The notes below the pieces were generated by a model that saw only the letters and a list, made by a program, of their open reading frames with translations, was not told where the DNA came from and ran no database searches. This document shows, one piece after another, positions 1 through 14,234 of a stretch of DNA of 57,780 nucleotides. The translations under genes and the position numbers were made by a program. The stretch lies in the sequence record DRR378314_1793, one strand, 5' to 3'. Each line of letters opens with the position of its first letter. Within the stretch, counting starts at the first letter, position 1.

Positions 1-103
1 TATACTCCATTGTTATCTAAATAATTTAGGTAATTGTGTTAAATCTACCAAATATACTGCCGTTCTCATACTAAAAACGACAGCATGCAGTAAATTTTTA
101 CAT

Positions 104-1387
104 CTATAAAATAAATGAATCGATTTCTGGGCCAAACTCTTTCTTTAATTTGTTCCATTCAACCATTGGCATACGTGTGGTCAACAACCACTGCCCGTGT
201 TCATCAAAATCTTCTTCATGCACAGCGTTTAAACTAAACAATGAAGCGCGCAAGCGCCCATATTGCGGTGCAAGTTTGAGTGTATGCGCGAACATTTTCT
301 TAGCAAGCAGTTCGCTTATCGCCTCTGAAAGCAACTCACAACCTAGACCACTTTGTGCAGACAACCATACTCTTATAGGCATGCCTTCGTCATCACGATC
401 AATTCGTGGAGCAACATCTTCCAGTGCATCAATTTTATTATAAACGAGTAATTGCGGCACTTCATCTGCCTCAATTTCTTTTAAAACCGATTGTACCTGC
501 TCTATATTTTCTTTGCGACGTGCATCAGCCACATCCACAACATGCAACTGTAAGTCAGCTTCACGGGTTTCCGTCAGCGTCGCTTTGAAAGCAGCAACTA
601 AGTCATGAGGTAAATGACGAATAAAACCAACCGTATCGGCAAGAATGACTGAACCTACATCGCCTATTTCAAGTTTACGTAATGTTGGGTCTAGGGTTGC
701 AAACAGCTGATCCGCTGCATAAACATCTGAGTTGGTAATGCGATTGAATAAAGTAGATTTACCCGCATTAGTATAACCAACTAAAGAGACTGTTGGAATT
801 TCATTACGGTTTCTCGCTCTGCGTCCTTGCTCACGTTGCACTGCTACTTTATCTAAGCGTGCACGGATACTTTGAATACGCGCGCGTAATAAACGTCTAT
901 CGGTTTCGAGCTGTGTCTCACCTGGCCCACGTAGACCAATACCGCCTTTTTGGCGCTCAAGGTGGGTCCAGCCTCGTATTAAACGAGTCGACATGTGACG
1001 CAACTGTGCTAACTCAACTTGCAACTTACCTTCATGGGTACGCGCTCGCTGAGCAAAGATATCAAGTATCAGGGTCGTTCTATCAAGCACTCGACATTGA
1101 CAAACAAGCTCTAAATTACGCTCTTGAGAGGGTCTGAGTTGATGATTGAATATGACGACATCTGCATTGTGGATTTTGACAATCTCAGCAATTTCTTCTG
1201 CTTTACCGCTACCGACGAATAGTTTCGGATGTGGTGATTGACGGCTGCCTTGCACAACCGCCAAACTGCTAACACCAGCAGAAGATACTAACATTTCCAG
1301 TTCATGAAGATCTTCGCGATCTCCTTCTTGAGGAAAGTCAATATGAACTAAGACTGCCTGTTCGCCGGCTTTATAACGGTCAAACAA
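104..1387 (-). CDS. hflX: Ribosome rescue GTPase HflX
   Basis: G1 GYTNAGKS, LFATLDPT, DTVGFI, NKID motifs; GPGETQLETDRR; lies directly downstream of hfq. Confidence 0.98.
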   Translation of the reverse strand: MFDRYKAGEQAVLVHIDFPQEGDREDLHELEMLVSSAGVSSLAVVQGSRQSPHPKLFVGSGKAEEIAEIVKIHNADVVIFNHQLRPSQERNLELVCQCRVLDRTTLILDIFAQRARTHEGKLQVELAQLRHMSTRLIRGWTHLERQKGGIGLRGPGETQLETDRRLLRARIQSIRARLDKVAVQREQGRRARNRNEIPTVSLVGYTNAGKSTLFNRITNSDVYAADQLFATLDPTLRKLEIGDVGSVILADTVGFIRHLPHDLVAAFKATLTETREADLQLHVVDVADARRKENIEQVQSVLKEIEADEVPQLLVYNKIDALEDVAPRIDRDDEGMPIRVWLSAQSGLGCELLSEAISELLAKKMFAHTLKLAPQYGRLRASLFSLNAVHEEDFDEHGQWLLTTRMPMVEWNKLKKEFGPEIDSFIL

Positions 1388-1403
1388 GCATTACGCTCCT
1401 AAT

Positions 1404-1670
1404 TTAAAAATTTCCAGGTTCTGGCTGCTCATCACCTTCTTCACTTCCTTGAACACCTTGGAAGTTTACTGCGCGAGCAGGGACTACTGTTGAAATGGCG
1501 TGTTTATACACCATTTGATTTACTGTGTTTTCAAGTAAAATTACAAATTGGTCAAACGACTGAATCTTACCTTGTAGCTTGATGCCATTAACCAAAAAGA
1601 TTGATACTGGAATACGCTCACGACGTAGCGCATTCAAAAATGGGTCTTGTAACGATTGGCCTTTTGCCAT
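1404..1670 (-). CDS. hfq: RNA chaperone Hfq
   Basis: [16 protein letters not shown]...[10 protein letters not shown]; start moved to the ATG at 1670, which follows GAAGGA. Confidence 0.99.
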   Translation of the reverse strand: MAKGQSLQDPFLNALRRERIPVSIFLVNGIKLQGKIQSFDQFVILLENTVNQMVYKHAISTVVPARAVNFQGVQGSEEGDEQPEPGNF

Positions 1671-1750
1671 GTTATTATCCTTCGTTCTAGGTGTTATTAT
1701 AATTAAGTGGCTGAACTCATTTAACAAAGCTAAAAAATATTCAACTACTA

Positions 1751-2668
1751 CTAGCTTAGCGAACTTACAACACGTTGCAAGTTTTCTTCATCACCGGTCG
1801 TTAACCAAGTTACCTCGGGCCAGCTTCTCAACCAGGTCAACTGACGTTTAGCAAGTTGTCGAGTGGCTGCAATACCGCGAAACACCATGTCATCATAGTC
1901 TGTCTCGCCAGCAATGTAATCCCACATTTGTCTATACCCTACACAACGAATAGAGGGTAAGTTTGGGTGCAAATCATTACGTTGATATAGGGACGAAACT
2001 TCTTTTTCAAACCCCTCATCAAGCATTATTTTAAACCTTTGTTCTATACGCTCATGTAAATCAGCGCGATCATCAGGCGCAATAGCAAATTGATGAAACG
2101 TATAAGGTAACTTTGGCTGCTTTTGTTTTTGCAGCTGAGTCATTGTTTTACCTGTTAAACGATAAACCTCTAACGCACGATTAATACGCTGAGAATCGTT
2201 TTCACTCATTTTTTCTGCCGCTTGCGGGTCTACCGCAACCAGCTCCTTATAAAGCGCAGGCCAGCCATGCTGTTGTGCTTGTGCTTCAAGTTCAGCTCTA
2301 ATAACAGGGCATGCCTCTGGCAACGGCGACAAACCATCAATGAGTGCTTTAAAATACATCATTGTCCCCCCAACCAATACAGGCACTTTACCCTGTTTAT
2401 GAAATTGGTCAATTTTTTCAATCGCATCACGACGAAAATCGGCCACAGAGTAACTTTGGGCAGGATCTATCATATCAATCAAATGATGTGGTGCTAGCGC
2501 TAACTCTTGCGCGTTTGGCTTAGCTGTACCGATATCCATATCTTTATACACTAAGGCTGAATCAACGCTGATTATTTCGGTTTTTAAATGCTGACAAAGC
2601 TCAATAGCGAGTGCAGTTTTGCCTGCTGCTGTTGGACCCATTAAAAATATGACCGGTAAATTACTCAA
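1751..2668 (-). CDS. miaA: tRNA dimethylallyltransferase
   Basis: GPTAAGKT P-loop, [29 protein letters not shown] start. Confidence 0.98.
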   Translation of the reverse strand: MSNLPVIFLMGPTAAGKTALAIELCQHLKTEIISVDSALVYKDMDIGTAKPNAQELALAPHHLIDMIDPAQSYSVADFRRDAIEKIDQFHKQGKVPVLVGGTMMYFKALIDGLSPLPEACPVIRAELEAQAQQHGWPALYKELVAVDPQAAEKMSENDSQRINRALEVYRLTGKTMTQLQKQKQPKLPYTFHQFAIAPDDRADLHERIEQRFKIMLDEGFEKEVSSLYQRNDLHPNLPSIRCVGYRQMWDYIAGETDYDDMVFRGIAATRQLAKRQLTWLRSWPEVTWLTTGDEENLQRVVSSLS

Positions 2669-2678
2669 CGCGTTAACC

Positions 2679-4520
2679 CTAATCTAGCTGTGTTAAATAG
2701 TGATGTAGGTCTATTTTAACTGCTTTTTCGCGTAAACGTTGAATTGTTTGCGGATTATTTTTCATTTGTTGTAACTCGCCTGCAAATGCTTGGCTTGAAA
2801 AATAGCGTTCAGGCACGTTGCTCTGCAGCCAATTAAGCCAATCTGTTAGGTTATCGAGTTGTTTTTTACTGATTAGCAGCAAAGCGTCAATGGCTTGGCT
2901 TACATCTAGTAAATACAAACTATGAGGCAGCTTTTTCACCATTACAAATTGCTTTTCAATATTGAGCTCAAATCCTAGTAAATTAAACCATGACTGCTGC
3001 TCGGTTAATACTTTTTGGTCGTCAACACTAATGTTGACGCGCACAGGGAGCAGTAATGCTTTACCTTCAAGGCTTGCTTGTTCTGTAATTTGCTGCTGCC
3101 AGTAATCAGCTAAAGCATATTTAAAATGAGAACAATAAAGTTGCTGTTGCTCAGTGAAAACACAGCTACCATCTTGTTGCACTATTAATGAGGTTGTACT
3201 AATACTCTGTGCAGGCGCTAAGACTGGTGTGTGTTGTGTTGTTAAGGTGGCTACACTATCAAAATGTGCGGCATGTTGTTCACTTACCCCTTGGTAAAAT
3301 GCGTTCACATCATGAAGCGACGCTTTACTTTCTCTTTGCCCAGAAGGCCCACTCGCAGCAGAGCCACCGGCACGGGATGAGCCACCCGAATAGCTAACAG
3401 GCTGACTCGGTTGCAAAAACGTTTTTGGGTAATCAAACACGTCAGCTTGCTCAACTGACGTCGCACTTGAGAAGCGCTCACTTGGTTGCGCCTGCGCTAG
3501 TATTTGCGGTGCTACAAAGTCATCCTGCAAAGGCACAACGACTTGTTTTACGGCTTGTAGAATAAAGTCATGCACTAAGCGCCCCTGATGAAAGCGTACT
3601 TCATGTTTTGCCGGGTGCACGTTTACATCAACTTGGCGCGGATCAATATCAATATATATCACAAAGCCGGGTAACTCTTCTTGTCCTGCCACTTCTTCAA
3701 ATGCTTGGCGAATAGCATGCAAAATCAGTTTGTCACGCATCATCCTATTATTTACATAGGTGTATTGCGTGGTATTGCTTGAACCCACAGGTAATACCCA
3801 ACCGTGTAACTGCAAACCTGTATCACCGGACTCAATATACAAACCTTGCTCAGCAAATGCTTTACCAGCAACTTGCGCGACCCGGGTAATTGCTTGGTTA
3901 GGATCTATTTTGGCGCGATATTGGCGTACCACTTTAGCGTTATGCGTTAAGGTAATCGATACATCAAAGCGGCTTAGGGCAATCCGCTTAATGAGCTCAT
4001 CAATGTGGTTAAACTCGGTCTTTTCAGTACGTAAAAACTTACGCCGTGCTGGCGTATTAAAAAATAAGTCTTTTACTTCAATCGTGGTGCCGTCAGGGTG
4101 GGCGGTCGGTTTGACTTGCACTGCCATATCGCGACCCTCAGCACAAGCTTGCCACGCTGCCTCTTGCGCTTTAGTCTTCGAACTTAACGTCAACCTAGAC
4201 ACTGAACTAATTGATGCTAAAGCTTCACCACGAAAGCCCAATGAACAAATATTTTCTAAATCATCCAGGGATTTTAGTTTACTCGTAGCATGACGAGACA
4301 GCGCCAATGTAAGCTCATCTTTATTAATGCCTGAACCATTATCTCTAATTCGAATAAGTTTGTGGCCGCCACGCTCAATATCAATTTGAATACGCGTTGC
4401 ACCTGCGTCTAAGCTATTTTCAACCAACTCTTTAACAACTGACGCTGGCCTTTCAACCACTTCACCTGCTGCAATTTGGTTAGCCAATCGCGCTGGTAAT
4501 ATTTCAATGCTCATACTCAT
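2679..4520 (-). CDS. mutL: DNA mismatch repair protein MutL
   Basis: [50 protein letters not shown]; start may be 4514. Confidence 0.98.
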   Translation of the reverse strand: MSMSIEILPARLANQIAAGEVVERPASVVKELVENSLDAGATRIQIDIERGGHKLIRIRDNGSGINKDELTLALSRHATSKLKSLDDLENICSLGFRGEALASISSVSRLTLSSKTKAQEAAWQACAEGRDMAVQVKPTAHPDGTTIEVKDLFFNTPARRKFLRTEKTEFNHIDELIKRIALSRFDVSITLTHNAKVVRQYRAKIDPNQAITRVAQVAGKAFAEQGLYIESGDTGLQLHGWVLPVGSSNTTQYTYVNNRMMRDKLILHAIRQAFEEVAGQEELPGFVIYIDIDPRQVDVNVHPAKHEVRFHQGRLVHDFILQAVKQVVVPLQDDFVAPQILAQAQPSERFSSATSVEQADVFDYPKTFLQPSQPVSYSGGSSRAGGSAASGPSGQRESKASLHDVNAFYQGVSEQHAAHFDSVATLTTQHTPVLAPAQSISTTSLIVQQDGSCVFTEQQQLYCSHFKYALADYWQQQITEQASLEGKALLLPVRVNISVDDQKVLTEQQSWFNLLGFELNIEKQFVMVKKLPHSLYLLDVSQAIDALLLISKKQLDNLTDWLNWLQSNVPERYFSSQAFAGELQQMKNNPQTIQRLREKAVKIDLHHYLTQLD

Positions 4521-4530
4521 CCTAACGATT

Positions 4531-5883
4531 TTAGCTTTGTGGGATATCGAGCTCTTGGCCGATAAATAAAGTGTTTGATTTGAGTTTATTGGCGCGTTTC
4601 AATTTATTCACACTCACCCCATAGCGATTCGCAAGTAAGCTTAATGACTCTCCTGGACGAACTTTATGTGTGGTCGGGTGTTGCGATTTTAATGATGCAA
4701 ACAACGAATCATCGGGTGGGTTTTTAAGGTAATAATTTTTCAATGAAGTAAAAATTGCTCTCGCCAGCCGCTCTTGATAGTCCGCTGTTTTCAACAAGCG
4801 CTCTTCACGTGGGTTGGAAATAAACCCAGTTTCAACCAGTATTGACGGGATATCTGGAGACTTTAATACCCCAAAGCTTGCCGCTTGCGGACGCTTTTTG
4901 TGCATTTTGGCTACTTTTTTTAGTTCATCCATCACTTCTTCGGCAACGCTAAAGCCCGTTTTCATGGAATGATCCATCGACATATCAAGCAACGCTTGTG
5001 CTAAGTATTTCTCGCTGGCGGTATTTTTTATTACACCTGCTGCACCGCCAAGAAGTTCCGAATGTTTTTCTTTATCCTCAAGCCATTTACCTATTTCAGA
5101 GTTGGCACGGCGCAATGATAAAACCCACACAGACGCACCACTTGGCTGAGGACTAGTAAATGCATCAGCATGAATTGATACAAAAAAGTCTGCTTTTTTT
5201 TCTCGCGCACGATTAGTTCGAGTGTTTAAATTAACAAAGTAATCACCTCGGCGTACCATTCTAGAAATCATACCTTTTTCGGCATCAATCATACGCTCTA
5301 AACGTTTTGCAATTTGCAATGTAATTGTTTTCTCATAGGTGCCTGATGGCCCTATGGAGCCAGGGTCTTCACCACCGTGGCCTGCATCAATAGCAATCAC
5401 AATGTCGCGTTGTTTACTTAATTCACGTTTCTTAACTGCGGTATTGCTACTTTGTGCAACGGGTTTTGCCTGTTCTTTGTTGTAAAGGTCTACCACTAAA
5501 CGATTTTTATATGGCCCAGTTGGAGCCAAAGCAAATAATACCGGTTTAACTGAACCGGTTAGCTCAAAAACAAAACGTACACCTTTACTATTTTTAGCTT
5601 TGGAATAACGCAGTTTACTAACAATTTGATGTTTTTTAGGAATGCTAGGCAGGTTTTTAATTTTATTAGTATGTTCTAAGTCAACCACGAGGCGTAACGG
5701 ATTCTTCAGCATAAAGTAGCTAAAGTCTGGTTTGTCAGTTAAATCAAAAACAACACGAGTGCTATCAGGAGACGGCCACACACGCACACTGTTAATAGTG
5801 TTCTGTGCAAAAACCCCTTGGCTTATTGCAAATAACAAACAAGCACACACCCATTTAATGACTACTCGACCCATCTGATCCAC
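4531..5883 (-). CDS. amiB: N-acetylmuramoyl-L-alanine amidase (AMIN + Amidase_3 + LysM)
   Basis: Signal peptide, AMIN (TRVVFDL), [26 protein letters not shown]-terminal LysM; conserved tsaE-amiB-mutL order. Confidence 0.95.
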   Translation of the reverse strand: MDQMGRVVIKWVCACLLFAISQGVFAQNTINSVRVWPSPDSTRVVFDLTDKPDFSYFMLKNPLRLVVDLEHTNKIKNLPSIPKKHQIVSKLRYSKAKNSKGVRFVFELTGSVKPVLFALAPTGPYKNRLVVDLYNKEQAKPVAQSSNTAVKKRELSKQRDIVIAIDAGHGGEDPGSIGPSGTYEKTITLQIAKRLERMIDAEKGMISRMVRRGDYFVNLNTRTNRAREKKADFFVSIHADAFTSPQPSGASVWVLSLRRANSEIGKWLEDKEKHSELLGGAAGVIKNTASEKYLAQALLDMSMDHSMKTGFSVAEEVMDELKKVAKMHKKRPQAASFGVLKSPDIPSILVETGFISNPREERLLKTADYQERLARAIFTSLKNYYLKNPPDDSLFASLKSQHPTTHKVRPGESLSLLANRYGVSVNKLKRANKLKSNTLFIGQELDIPQS

Positions 5884-5904
5884 TACACCTTTAATTATTA
5901 TTTT

Positions 5905-6372
5905 TTAATCTCGAGTTAATTGCTCTACTACTACTTTGCCGCGCTGGCTCACGCTACAAACTTCAATTTCACGGGCCTCACCAACATAGCGCATTGTAAT
6001 ATCTAAGTCAGGAACAGGTATACACTCCCCGCCTTTCTCAGGCCATTCAACAACACAAATTGCATCATTTGAAAAATAATCACGAATACCCATATATTCT
6101 AGCTCTTCAGGGTCACCCAAGCGGTATAAATCAAAGTGGTACACATTGGCTTTTGCTAATTCATAAGGCTCGACTAATGTATAGGTTGGACTCTTAACCT
6201 TACCTTGATGGCCGAACCCTTGCACTATACCCCGTGTTAATGTGGTTTTTCCGGCGCCTAAATCACCATGTAAATAAATAACCACGCCTTGCTCAGTTAA
6301 ACTTGCAAGCTTATTACCCATTGCGACCGTTGCTGCTTCATCAGCAAGTTGAAAACCAACACTCAGGGTCAT
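5905..6372 (-). CDS. tsaE: tRNA t6A biosynthesis ATPase TsaE
   Basis: GDLGAGKTT, SPTYTLV, HFDLYRL, VEWP. Confidence 0.97.
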   Translation of the reverse strand: MTLSVGFQLADEAATVAMGNKLASLTEQGVVIYLHGDLGAGKTTLTRGIVQGFGHQGKVKSPTYTLVEPYELAKANVYHFDLYRLGDPEELEYMGIRDYFSNDAICVVEWPEKGGECIPVPDLDITMRYVGEAREIEVCSVSQRGKVVVEQLTRD

Positions 6373-6465
6373 TATTACCTCATGAAAAACAAATAAGTTA
6401 TTACTGTATTAATCATACCAGATTATTTTTGTATCGCGAATACAGTGCCACTGTTCGTTAGAGCT

Positions 6466-6494
6466 AAAAAAACCGGCAAAGTTGCCGGTTTTTT
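6466..6494 (-). terminator. Bidirectional-type intrinsic terminator after accC
   Basis: AAAAAAACCGGCAA-AG-TTGCCGGTTTTTT hairpin with A/T tracts on both sides. Confidence 0.85.
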
Positions 6495-6516
6495 AAATTA
6501 TTAGTTTTATAAATGC

Positions 6517-7857
6517 TTATAAACCTAATTTCTTCTCAAGATAGTGGATATTGGTTCCACCATTTTGGAAGTTTTCATCTGCTAAGATTTTCTTATGCAG
6601 TGGCGTATTGGTTTTAATACCGTCAATCACTAACTCATTTAATGCATTACGTGCACGGGCAATAGCTACATCACGGTTTTCACCGTAAGTAATGAGCTTA
6701 CCAATCATTGAGTCATAGTGTGGTGGTACTTTATAGTCTGCATAAATATGGCTATCCCAACGAATACCTAGGCCACCCGCAGGATGGAAACGGGTAATTT
6801 TTCCCGGCGAAGGAATAAACGTTTCAGGGTCTTCTGCATTGATACGACATTCAATAGCATGGCCACGAATAACCACGTCATCTTGTGTGAATGACAACGG
6901 CTGACCAGCAGCAATTTTTAACTGTTCTTTAATTAAGTCAACGCCACTAACCATTTCAGTTACAGGATGTTCAACCTGAATACGGGTATTCATTTCGATG
7001 AAATAGAACTCGCCGTTTTCATATAAGAACTCAAACGTACCTGCACCGCGATAACCAATCTCGATACACGCACGTGTACAGCGTTCACCAATGAATTTAC
7101 GTACTTCAGCAGTGATACCCGGCGCTGGCGCTTCTTCAACTACTTTTTGATGACGACGCTGCATTGAACAGTCACGCTCACCTAAGTGAACCGCGTTACC
7201 TTGACCATCAGCAAGTACTTGAATTTCGATATGGCGTGGGTTTTCAAGGAATTTCTCCATGTAAACCATGCTATTACCGAAGAACTGTTTTGCTTCTTGC
7301 TGAGTCAGTGCGATTGAATCTATAAGCTCTGATTCGTTACGTACAACACGCATACCACGACCACCGCCACCACCAGCTGCTTTGATGATTACCGGGTAAC
7401 CGATACGCTTAGCAATTTGCATGTTGCGCTCTTTGTCATCTGATACTGGACCGTCAGAACCTGGAACACACGGCACACCCGCTTTACGCATAGCATTGAT
7501 TGCCGATACTTTATCGCCCATTAGGCGAATGGTATCGCCTTTAGGACCAATAAATACAAAACCGCTTTGCTCAACTTGGTCTGCAAAATCAGCGTTTTCA
7601 GCAAGGAAACCATAACCTGGGTGAATCGCAACCGCATCAGTTACTTCTGCCGCAGCAATAATACGCGGAATGTCTAAGTAACTTTCAGTTGCTGAAGGTC
7701 TACCGATACAGATTGTTTCATCTGCTAACAATACGTGCTTAAGATCGCGATCCGCCGTTGAATGCACAGCAACCGTTTTGATCCCAAGCTCTTTGCAGGC
7801 GCGCAATATACGAAGTGCTATTTCACCTCGATTTGCAATGACTACTTTATCTAACAT
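6517..7857 (-). CDS. accC: Acetyl-CoA carboxylase, biotin carboxylase subunit
   Basis: [34 protein letters not shown]. Confidence 0.99.
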   Translation of the reverse strand: MLDKVVIANRGEIALRILRACKELGIKTVAVHSTADRDLKHVLLADETICIGRPSATESYLDIPRIIAAAEVTDAVAIHPGYGFLAENADFADQVEQSGFVFIGPKGDTIRLMGDKVSAINAMRKAGVPCVPGSDGPVSDDKERNMQIAKRIGYPVIIKAAGGGGGRGMRVVRNESELIDSIALTQQEAKQFFGNSMVYMEKFLENPRHIEIQVLADGQGNAVHLGERDCSMQRRHQKVVEEAPAPGITAEVRKFIGERCTRACIEIGYRGAGTFEFLYENGEFYFIEMNTRIQVEHPVTEMVSGVDLIKEQLKIAAGQPLSFTQDDVVIRGHAIECRINAEDPETFIPSPGKITRFHPAGGLGIRWDSHIYADYKVPPHYDSMIGKLITYGENRDVAIARARNALNELVIDGIKTNTPLHKKILADENFQNGGTNIHYLEKKLGL

Positions 7858-7883
7858 GAGAGTTGGCCTCTAAGGTTGCACTA

Positions 7884-8348
7884 TTATTCAATGATGAATA
7901 AAGGTTGATCAAATTCTACTGGCTCACCATTTTCAACTAAAATAGCTTTTACTGTACCGGCTTTGTCTGACTCAATTTGGTTCATCATTTTCATTGCTTC
8001 GATGATACAAAGTGTGTCACCCACATTAACTTTAGAACCCACTTCAACATATGCAGGTGCTTCTGGTGATGCTGCTGCATAAAAAGAACCAACCATTGGT
8101 GATAATACTTGATGACCGGTTGGTGCTGCTGGCGCTGCCGCTTCAGTTGATGCTGCTGGAGCCGCAGGTGCTGGTGCCGCTGCTGGAGCTGGTGCATACT
8201 GAGGAGCATATTGTGGAGCGTAAGCTGGACCTGCGCTCATATTGTTACGGTTTATACGTACTGACTCTTCACCTTCGGTGATTTCTAATTCAGCAATACC
8301 TGATTCTTCTACTAGTTCAATTAGTTTTTTGATCTTGCGAATATCCAT
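7884..8348 (-). CDS. accB: Biotin carboxyl carrier protein
   Basis: [12 protein letters not shown], Ala/Pro linker, EAMKM biotinylation site. Confidence 0.99.
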   Translation of the reverse strand: MDIRKIKKLIELVEESGIAELEITEGEESVRINRNNMSAGPAYAPQYAPQYAPAPAAAPAPAAPAASTEAAAPAAPTGHQVLSPMVGSFYAAASPEAPAYVEVGSKVNVGDTLCIIEAMKMMNQIESDKAGTVKAILVENGEPVEFDQPLFIIE

Positions 8349-8381
8349 GAACGACCCGCCTTCTAGTTTGTGTGTTTAAAA

Positions 8382-8834
8382 TTAATTTGCGTTTTGCAAC
8401 CGACTAACCGCCGCTTCTAATGCTGCGCGATAACCCATTGCACCTAATCCACATACCACGCCTTGTGCTACATCCGAAAAATACGAATGATGACGAAACG
8501 CCTCCCGCGCATGCACATTAGTTAAGTGCACTTCATAAAACGGGATATCAACACTTAGCAATGCATCACGTAAAGCTACGCTTGTGTGCGTAAATGCTGC
8601 TGGATTGATAATTATGCAATCAATAACTTGCCAAGCACTATGTATATGCTCAATTAAAGCTTGTTCACTATTACTTTGATAATGCGTTAACTCAACATCT
8701 AGACCATGGGCGAGGGTTGTTAGTTCGCTCATAATTTCGCCCAGTGTTTGTGAACCATATTTCTCTGGTTCACGCTTACCAAGCATATTTAAGTTAGGGC
8801 CATTTAGAACAAAAATCTTAAATTTTGCAGCCAT
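8382..8834 (-). CDS. aroQ: Type II 3-dehydroquinate dehydratase
   Basis: [39 protein letters not shown]. Confidence 0.97.
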   Translation of the reverse strand: MAAKFKIFVLNGPNLNMLGKREPEKYGSQTLGEIMSELTTLAHGLDVELTHYQSNSEQALIEHIHSAWQVIDCIIINPAAFTHTSVALRDALLSVDIPFYEVHLTNVHAREAFRHHSYFSDVAQGVVCGLGAMGYRAALEAAVSRLQNAN

Positions 8835-9008
8835 AATACGCGATAATCCTATAAATAATGAGTTAAGCCATTTTTACTATAAAACCCACTAATTAGCTTG
8901 GGGTTAAACATAAAATAACAAGTATTTCTCACGTTAACCACCTATTATAGCCAGTTCGATGTAAATAGCAGCAAAATACTGGTCTAATGACTAGGTATAC
9001 CCAAGAAA

Positions 9009-9036
9009 CAAAAACGCCACTACAGAAAGTGGCGTT
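9009..9036 (-). terminator. Intrinsic terminator after dsbD
   Basis: AACGCCACT-ACAGAA-AGTGGCGTT stem followed by a T-rich run on the minus strand. Confidence 0.7.
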
Positions 9037-9059
9037 GTATTAAATTGTACAAAAAGTAG

Positions 9060-10895
9060 TTATTTAGCATACTCACGAACATTTATAAGCTGTTCAGTAA
9101 AGTCGTCTGCGTCTAAAAAGCCTGTCACACGTTGCGCTGCAAGCTCTTCACCTTGCGTATTAAAGAACAAGATACTTGGTAAACCAAATACCGTATATTC
9201 TTCCATCACTTCAATGGTGGTTTCATCGCTTTCAGTGAGATCAATCTTTAATAACTCAAAGTGAGCAAACTCGGCTTGCACATTTTGTTCAGGGAAGGTG
9301 TATTTTTCAAACTCTTTACACGCAACACACCATTCAGCATACAAATCTACCATTACCAAACGACCTTCATCGTTTGCATCACTAATTGCTTGCTTCAGTT
9401 CAGCTAAATCAGCAACCAATTTAAATTCACGCTTTTGTGATTGCTGTTCAGCAGGAGCTGTCACCACTGGCGTTGGCCAAATGTAATTTTTAGTCAAGCT
9501 GGCACCAGCAATAACTAACAAGGTTGCTGCAAACCACAGTGCAGTTTTGAGCTTGCCTTGGTTTTGAGAACTTTGCCAATGATGTAAATAAAGCGCTGTT
9601 GCCAGTGCTAATAAACCCGCCATTAATAGTATGATGTCAAAATCAACAATACGCTCTAGCAGTATTAACGGCACAACCAACATAATAAAACCAAATAGGG
9701 TTTTAACTTGCTCCATCCAACCGCCTGCTTTAGGCAGTAATTTTCCGCCTGAGGTACCTAACAACAATAATGGTATGCCCATACCAAGGCTTAAAACATA
9801 AAGCGTTAAACCGCCAACTAAGTAATCGCCGCTTTGCGCAACAAATAAGAGAGCTGCTGATAATGGTGCTGTTGTGCAAGGTGATGCTATCAAGCCAGAT
9901 AAAACCCCCATCAAAAATACACCAATATAATTGCCGCCTTTTTGATTATTGCTCACTTGAGTGAGCTTATTCATCATAGAGCTTGGTAACTTTATTTCGT
10001 ACCAGCCAAACATCGACATGGCTAATAAAACAAATAACAAACTAAAGCTGATCAAAACATAGGGGTGCTGTAAGTAGCCCTGCACTTGCCCACCTAACGA
10101 TGCCACCACTAAGCCCAATGCCGCATAAGTCACCGCCATGCCTTGAATGTACACAAACGATAGTGCAAATGCTTTTTTTGTGGAGAGGTTTTGTTGCCCA
10201 GCAATCAAGCTCGACAAGATAGGAAACATAGGAAATACACAAGGAGTAAATGCTAAGCCAATGCCCACTAAAAAGAAAATAGCTAAATTAGTTAGCAAAC
10301 CTTGTGATGCCAGTTTTTCGGTAAAGTTTTGTTCTTTTTCAACGTCATCTTGTTGTACAGCAGCAGTTTCATTTACAGCTGATGGATCACTATTAAGAGC
10401 AGCTAATGCGCTTGATGTGTCTGTCGCGCTATTATTTGAGGGCGGGTTTTCACCTGAAATAACGCTCAGTGGAATGGTAATAATTTCAGGAGGGTAGCAA
10501 AGTCCTGCTTCGGCGCAGCCTTGATAGCGCACTTTCACTACACCTTGTTGCGCTACATTGCTTAATTTACTTACCACGCTAAATGAGTCGAAGAAGACCT
10601 CAGTTTTACCAAAAAACTCATCTTCAATCACCACCCCTTCACCTAGCTCTGGGACCTTGATATCAGCTTCTTTAGCAATGATCTCAAGCTTCTTTTTATA
10701 AAGGTAATATCCAGGGGCAATGTCCCAGCCAATAAATAAAGTACTTCCTTGCTGATCAAAGTCAAAACTAAAGGCTTGATCTACAGGTAAAAACGTTTGC
10801 TCAGCAGGCTGTAGTAAATCACTCAATAAATTATTAGACGCAGCCTGTGCTGGCATAAACCACAGCGTACAAAGCAAGAAAACAAAAAACCGCAT
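9060..10895 (-). CDS. dsbD: Thiol:disulfide interchange protein DsbD
   Basis: QGCAEAGLCYPP, FTPCVFPM, ASPCTTAP, WCVAC thioredoxin motif. Confidence 0.97.
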   Translation of the reverse strand: MRFFVFLLCTLWFMPAQAASNNLLSDLLQPAEQTFLPVDQAFSFDFDQQGSTLFIGWDIAPGYYLYKKKLEIIAKEADIKVPELGEGVVIEDEFFGKTEVFFDSFSVVSKLSNVAQQGVVKVRYQGCAEAGLCYPPEIITIPLSVISGENPPSNNSATDTSSALAALNSDPSAVNETAAVQQDDVEKEQNFTEKLASQGLLTNLAIFFLVGIGLAFTPCVFPMFPILSSLIAGQQNLSTKKAFALSFVYIQGMAVTYAALGLVVASLGGQVQGYLQHPYVLISFSLLFVLLAMSMFGWYEIKLPSSMMNKLTQVSNNQKGGNYIGVFLMGVLSGLIASPCTTAPLSAALLFVAQSGDYLVGGLTLYVLSLGMGIPLLLLGTSGGKLLPKAGGWMEQVKTLFGFIMLVVPLILLERIVDFDIILLMAGLLALATALYLHHWQSSQNQGKLKTALWFAATLLVIAGASLTKNYIWPTPVVTAPAEQQSQKREFKLVADLAELKQAISDANDEGRLVMVDLYAEWCVACKEFEKYTFPEQNVQAEFAHFELLKIDLTESDETTIEVMEEYTVFGLPSILFFNTQGEELAAQRVTGFLDADDFTEQLINVREYAK

Positions 10896-11218
10896 TAATT
10901 AAGTACCTCATCCATCCAATTAAAATAGGCTAAATTGCCCGTTGATACATCAACTACCTGAATTTCAGGAATCTCATAACTATGTAACTGCTTTATAGTT
11001 TGGATAACTTGATTCATTTTTTCAGACTTAGTTTTAATCAGCAGCTTGCATTCTGTAGCCTGCGTTACTTCACCTTCCCACATATAAACTGACTCAACAT
11101 TGGGTAAAATGCTAACGCACGCGGCTAATTTTAGGCTAACCAACTGCTCTGCCATAGCACGCGCCTCAGTAGCGTTTTCACATGTGGTAAAAACTAGTCG
11201 AAAATGAGTTGTCATCAT
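10895..11218 (-). CDS. cutA: Divalent-cation tolerance protein CutA
   Basis: LAACV, SVYMWEG, HSYEIPEI; TAATG overlap with dsbD. Confidence 0.95.
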   Translation of the reverse strand: MMTTHFRLVFTTCENATEARAMAEQLVSLKLAACVSILPNVESVYMWEGEVTQATECKLLIKTKSEKMNQVIQTIKQLHSYEIPEIQVVDVSTGNLAYFNWMDEVLN

Positions 11219-11307
11219 ATTGAACCTTTAGTTGTTAATTCTGCCCAACTCATAGTAGCTGATAGCTAAAGCAAAGTGTAGCGATGTACTTACGCTATAC
11301 GTTTACT

Positions 11308-11334
11308 ATTGAAAAAAGACCTGTAAGCCCATAT
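11308..11334 (+). promoter_or_regulatory. Putative sigma32 promoter of fxsA
   Basis: ATTGAA-13 nt-GCCCATAT resembles the RpoH consensus CTTGAA-N13-15-CCCCATNT; fxsA is a heat-shock gene in E. coli. Confidence 0.65.
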
Positions 11335-11379
11335 TTATATTTCATCACGATGTTACGTGAGCACACTTTAGAGAGCTTT

Positions 11380-11856
11380 ATGTTTAGATTTTTATTTTTG
11401 TTATTTATTCTCGTACCAATTATTGAGATCGCGTTACTCATTCAAGTAGCCGATGTAATTGGTGGCTTTGCCACTATTGCACTAGTGATTTTAACTGCTA
11501 TTTGCGGTGCAAAACTAGTTAGACAGCAAGGCATGGGCGCACTGCAAAATGTGCAAACACAAATGGCCCAAGGGCAAATGCCCGCCAAAGAATTATTTAC
11601 TGGATTATGTGTGATCATTGCCGGTGTTTTATTACTAACCCCAGGCATTATGACCGATGTATTTGGCTTTTTACTACTCACTCCAGCGATTCGCAACAAA
11701 CTAGCCGCAGGACTTGCCAGCCAAGCAACTGTTCGCATGAGTGCAGGAATGCAGCAAGGTCCTTCACCTTTTACGCAACAGACTCAACAAGAGCCTGAAC
11801 CGCGTAAAATGAGTGAGCCAACCACAATTGATGGTGAATACGAGAGAAAAGATTAA
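11380..11856 (+). CDS. fxsA: FxsA family membrane protein
   Basis: PIIEIALLI, AGVLLLTPGIMTD, C-terminal IDGEY; start taken at ATG 11380; upstream of groES. Confidence 0.92.
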   Translation: MFRFLFLLFILVPIIEIALLIQVADVIGGFATIALVILTAICGAKLVRQQGMGALQNVQTQMAQGQMPAKELFTGLCVIIAGVLLLTPGIMTDVFGFLLLTPAIRNKLAAGLASQATVRMSAGMQQGPSPFTQQTQQEPEPRKMSEPTTIDGEYERKD

Positions 11857-11873
11857 AATTTTTATTTTTTTCT

Positions 11874-11901
11874 CTTGGATTTTTCCGCATTACCCCCATT
11901 A
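11874..11901 (+). promoter_or_regulatory. Sigma32 promoter of groESL
   Basis: CTTGGA-14 nt-CCCCATTA upstream of groES. Confidence 0.85.
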
Positions 11902-12007
11902 CTGAGTACAACTAAATCGATGCAGTTAAATACAACTGAGTTAGCTGCACGAGTACACACAAAACTTTTTTCTGTCCTGTTCAGAAACTGTTAGGAGAAC
12001 TAAACAA

Positions 12008-12295
12008 ATGAACATTCGTCCTTTACATGATCGCGTGATCGTTAAGCGTCTAGAAGAAGAAACCAAGTCTGCTGGCGGTATTGTATTAACTGGCTCTGCT
12101 GCTGAGAAATCAACGCGCGGAGAAGTTGTCGCTGTTGGTAATGGCCGTACTCTAGATAACGGTGATGTGAGAGCATTAGAAGTTAAAGTCGGTGACACTG
12201 TGTTATTCGGCTCGTATGTTGAAAAAGCTGAAAAGATCGAAGGTCAAGAGTACCTGATCATGCGTGAAGACAACATTTTAGGCATTGTAGGCTAA
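12008..12295 (+). CDS. groES: Co-chaperonin GroES
   Basis: [27 protein letters not shown]. Confidence 0.99.
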   Translation: MNIRPLHDRVIVKRLEEETKSAGGIVLTGSAAEKSTRGEVVAVGNGRTLDNGDVRALEVKVGDTVLFGSYVEKAEKIEGQEYLIMREDNILGIVG

Positions 12296-12312
12296 ACCTA
12301 CTTTTCGTTTAA

Positions 12313-13992
<1,680 letters not shown>

Positions 13993-14022
13993 TAAACATC
14001 ACCTCCTAAGCACCTCGCTTAT

Positions 14023-14048
14023 AAAAACCCAGCTTCGGCTGGGTTTTT
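14023..14048 (+). terminator. Intrinsic terminator of groESL
   Basis: AAAAACCCAGC-TTCG-GCTGGGTTTTT. Confidence 0.92.
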
Positions 14049-14234
14049 GCCCTTGATTGATCGCTTCTTCACTTCCAAAAATAGATACTTACTTGCTATC
14101 GGGGTCGATTTTAAAAAAATAGCGCTTACTGATTACTCATGCACTTTAGTCTTAAATTTCTATTTAACATACTAGTACCTATGTATATACTGTTCGAAAA
14201 ACATCACATCCACTAAGAAACTTTCAGGATAATA

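Noticed and set aside
6436-6450. Sigma54-like TGGCAC-N5-TCGC on the minus strand upstream of tsaE
   Set aside because: The -12 element is imperfect, and a good extended -10 (TGGTATGAT) nearby explains the promoter
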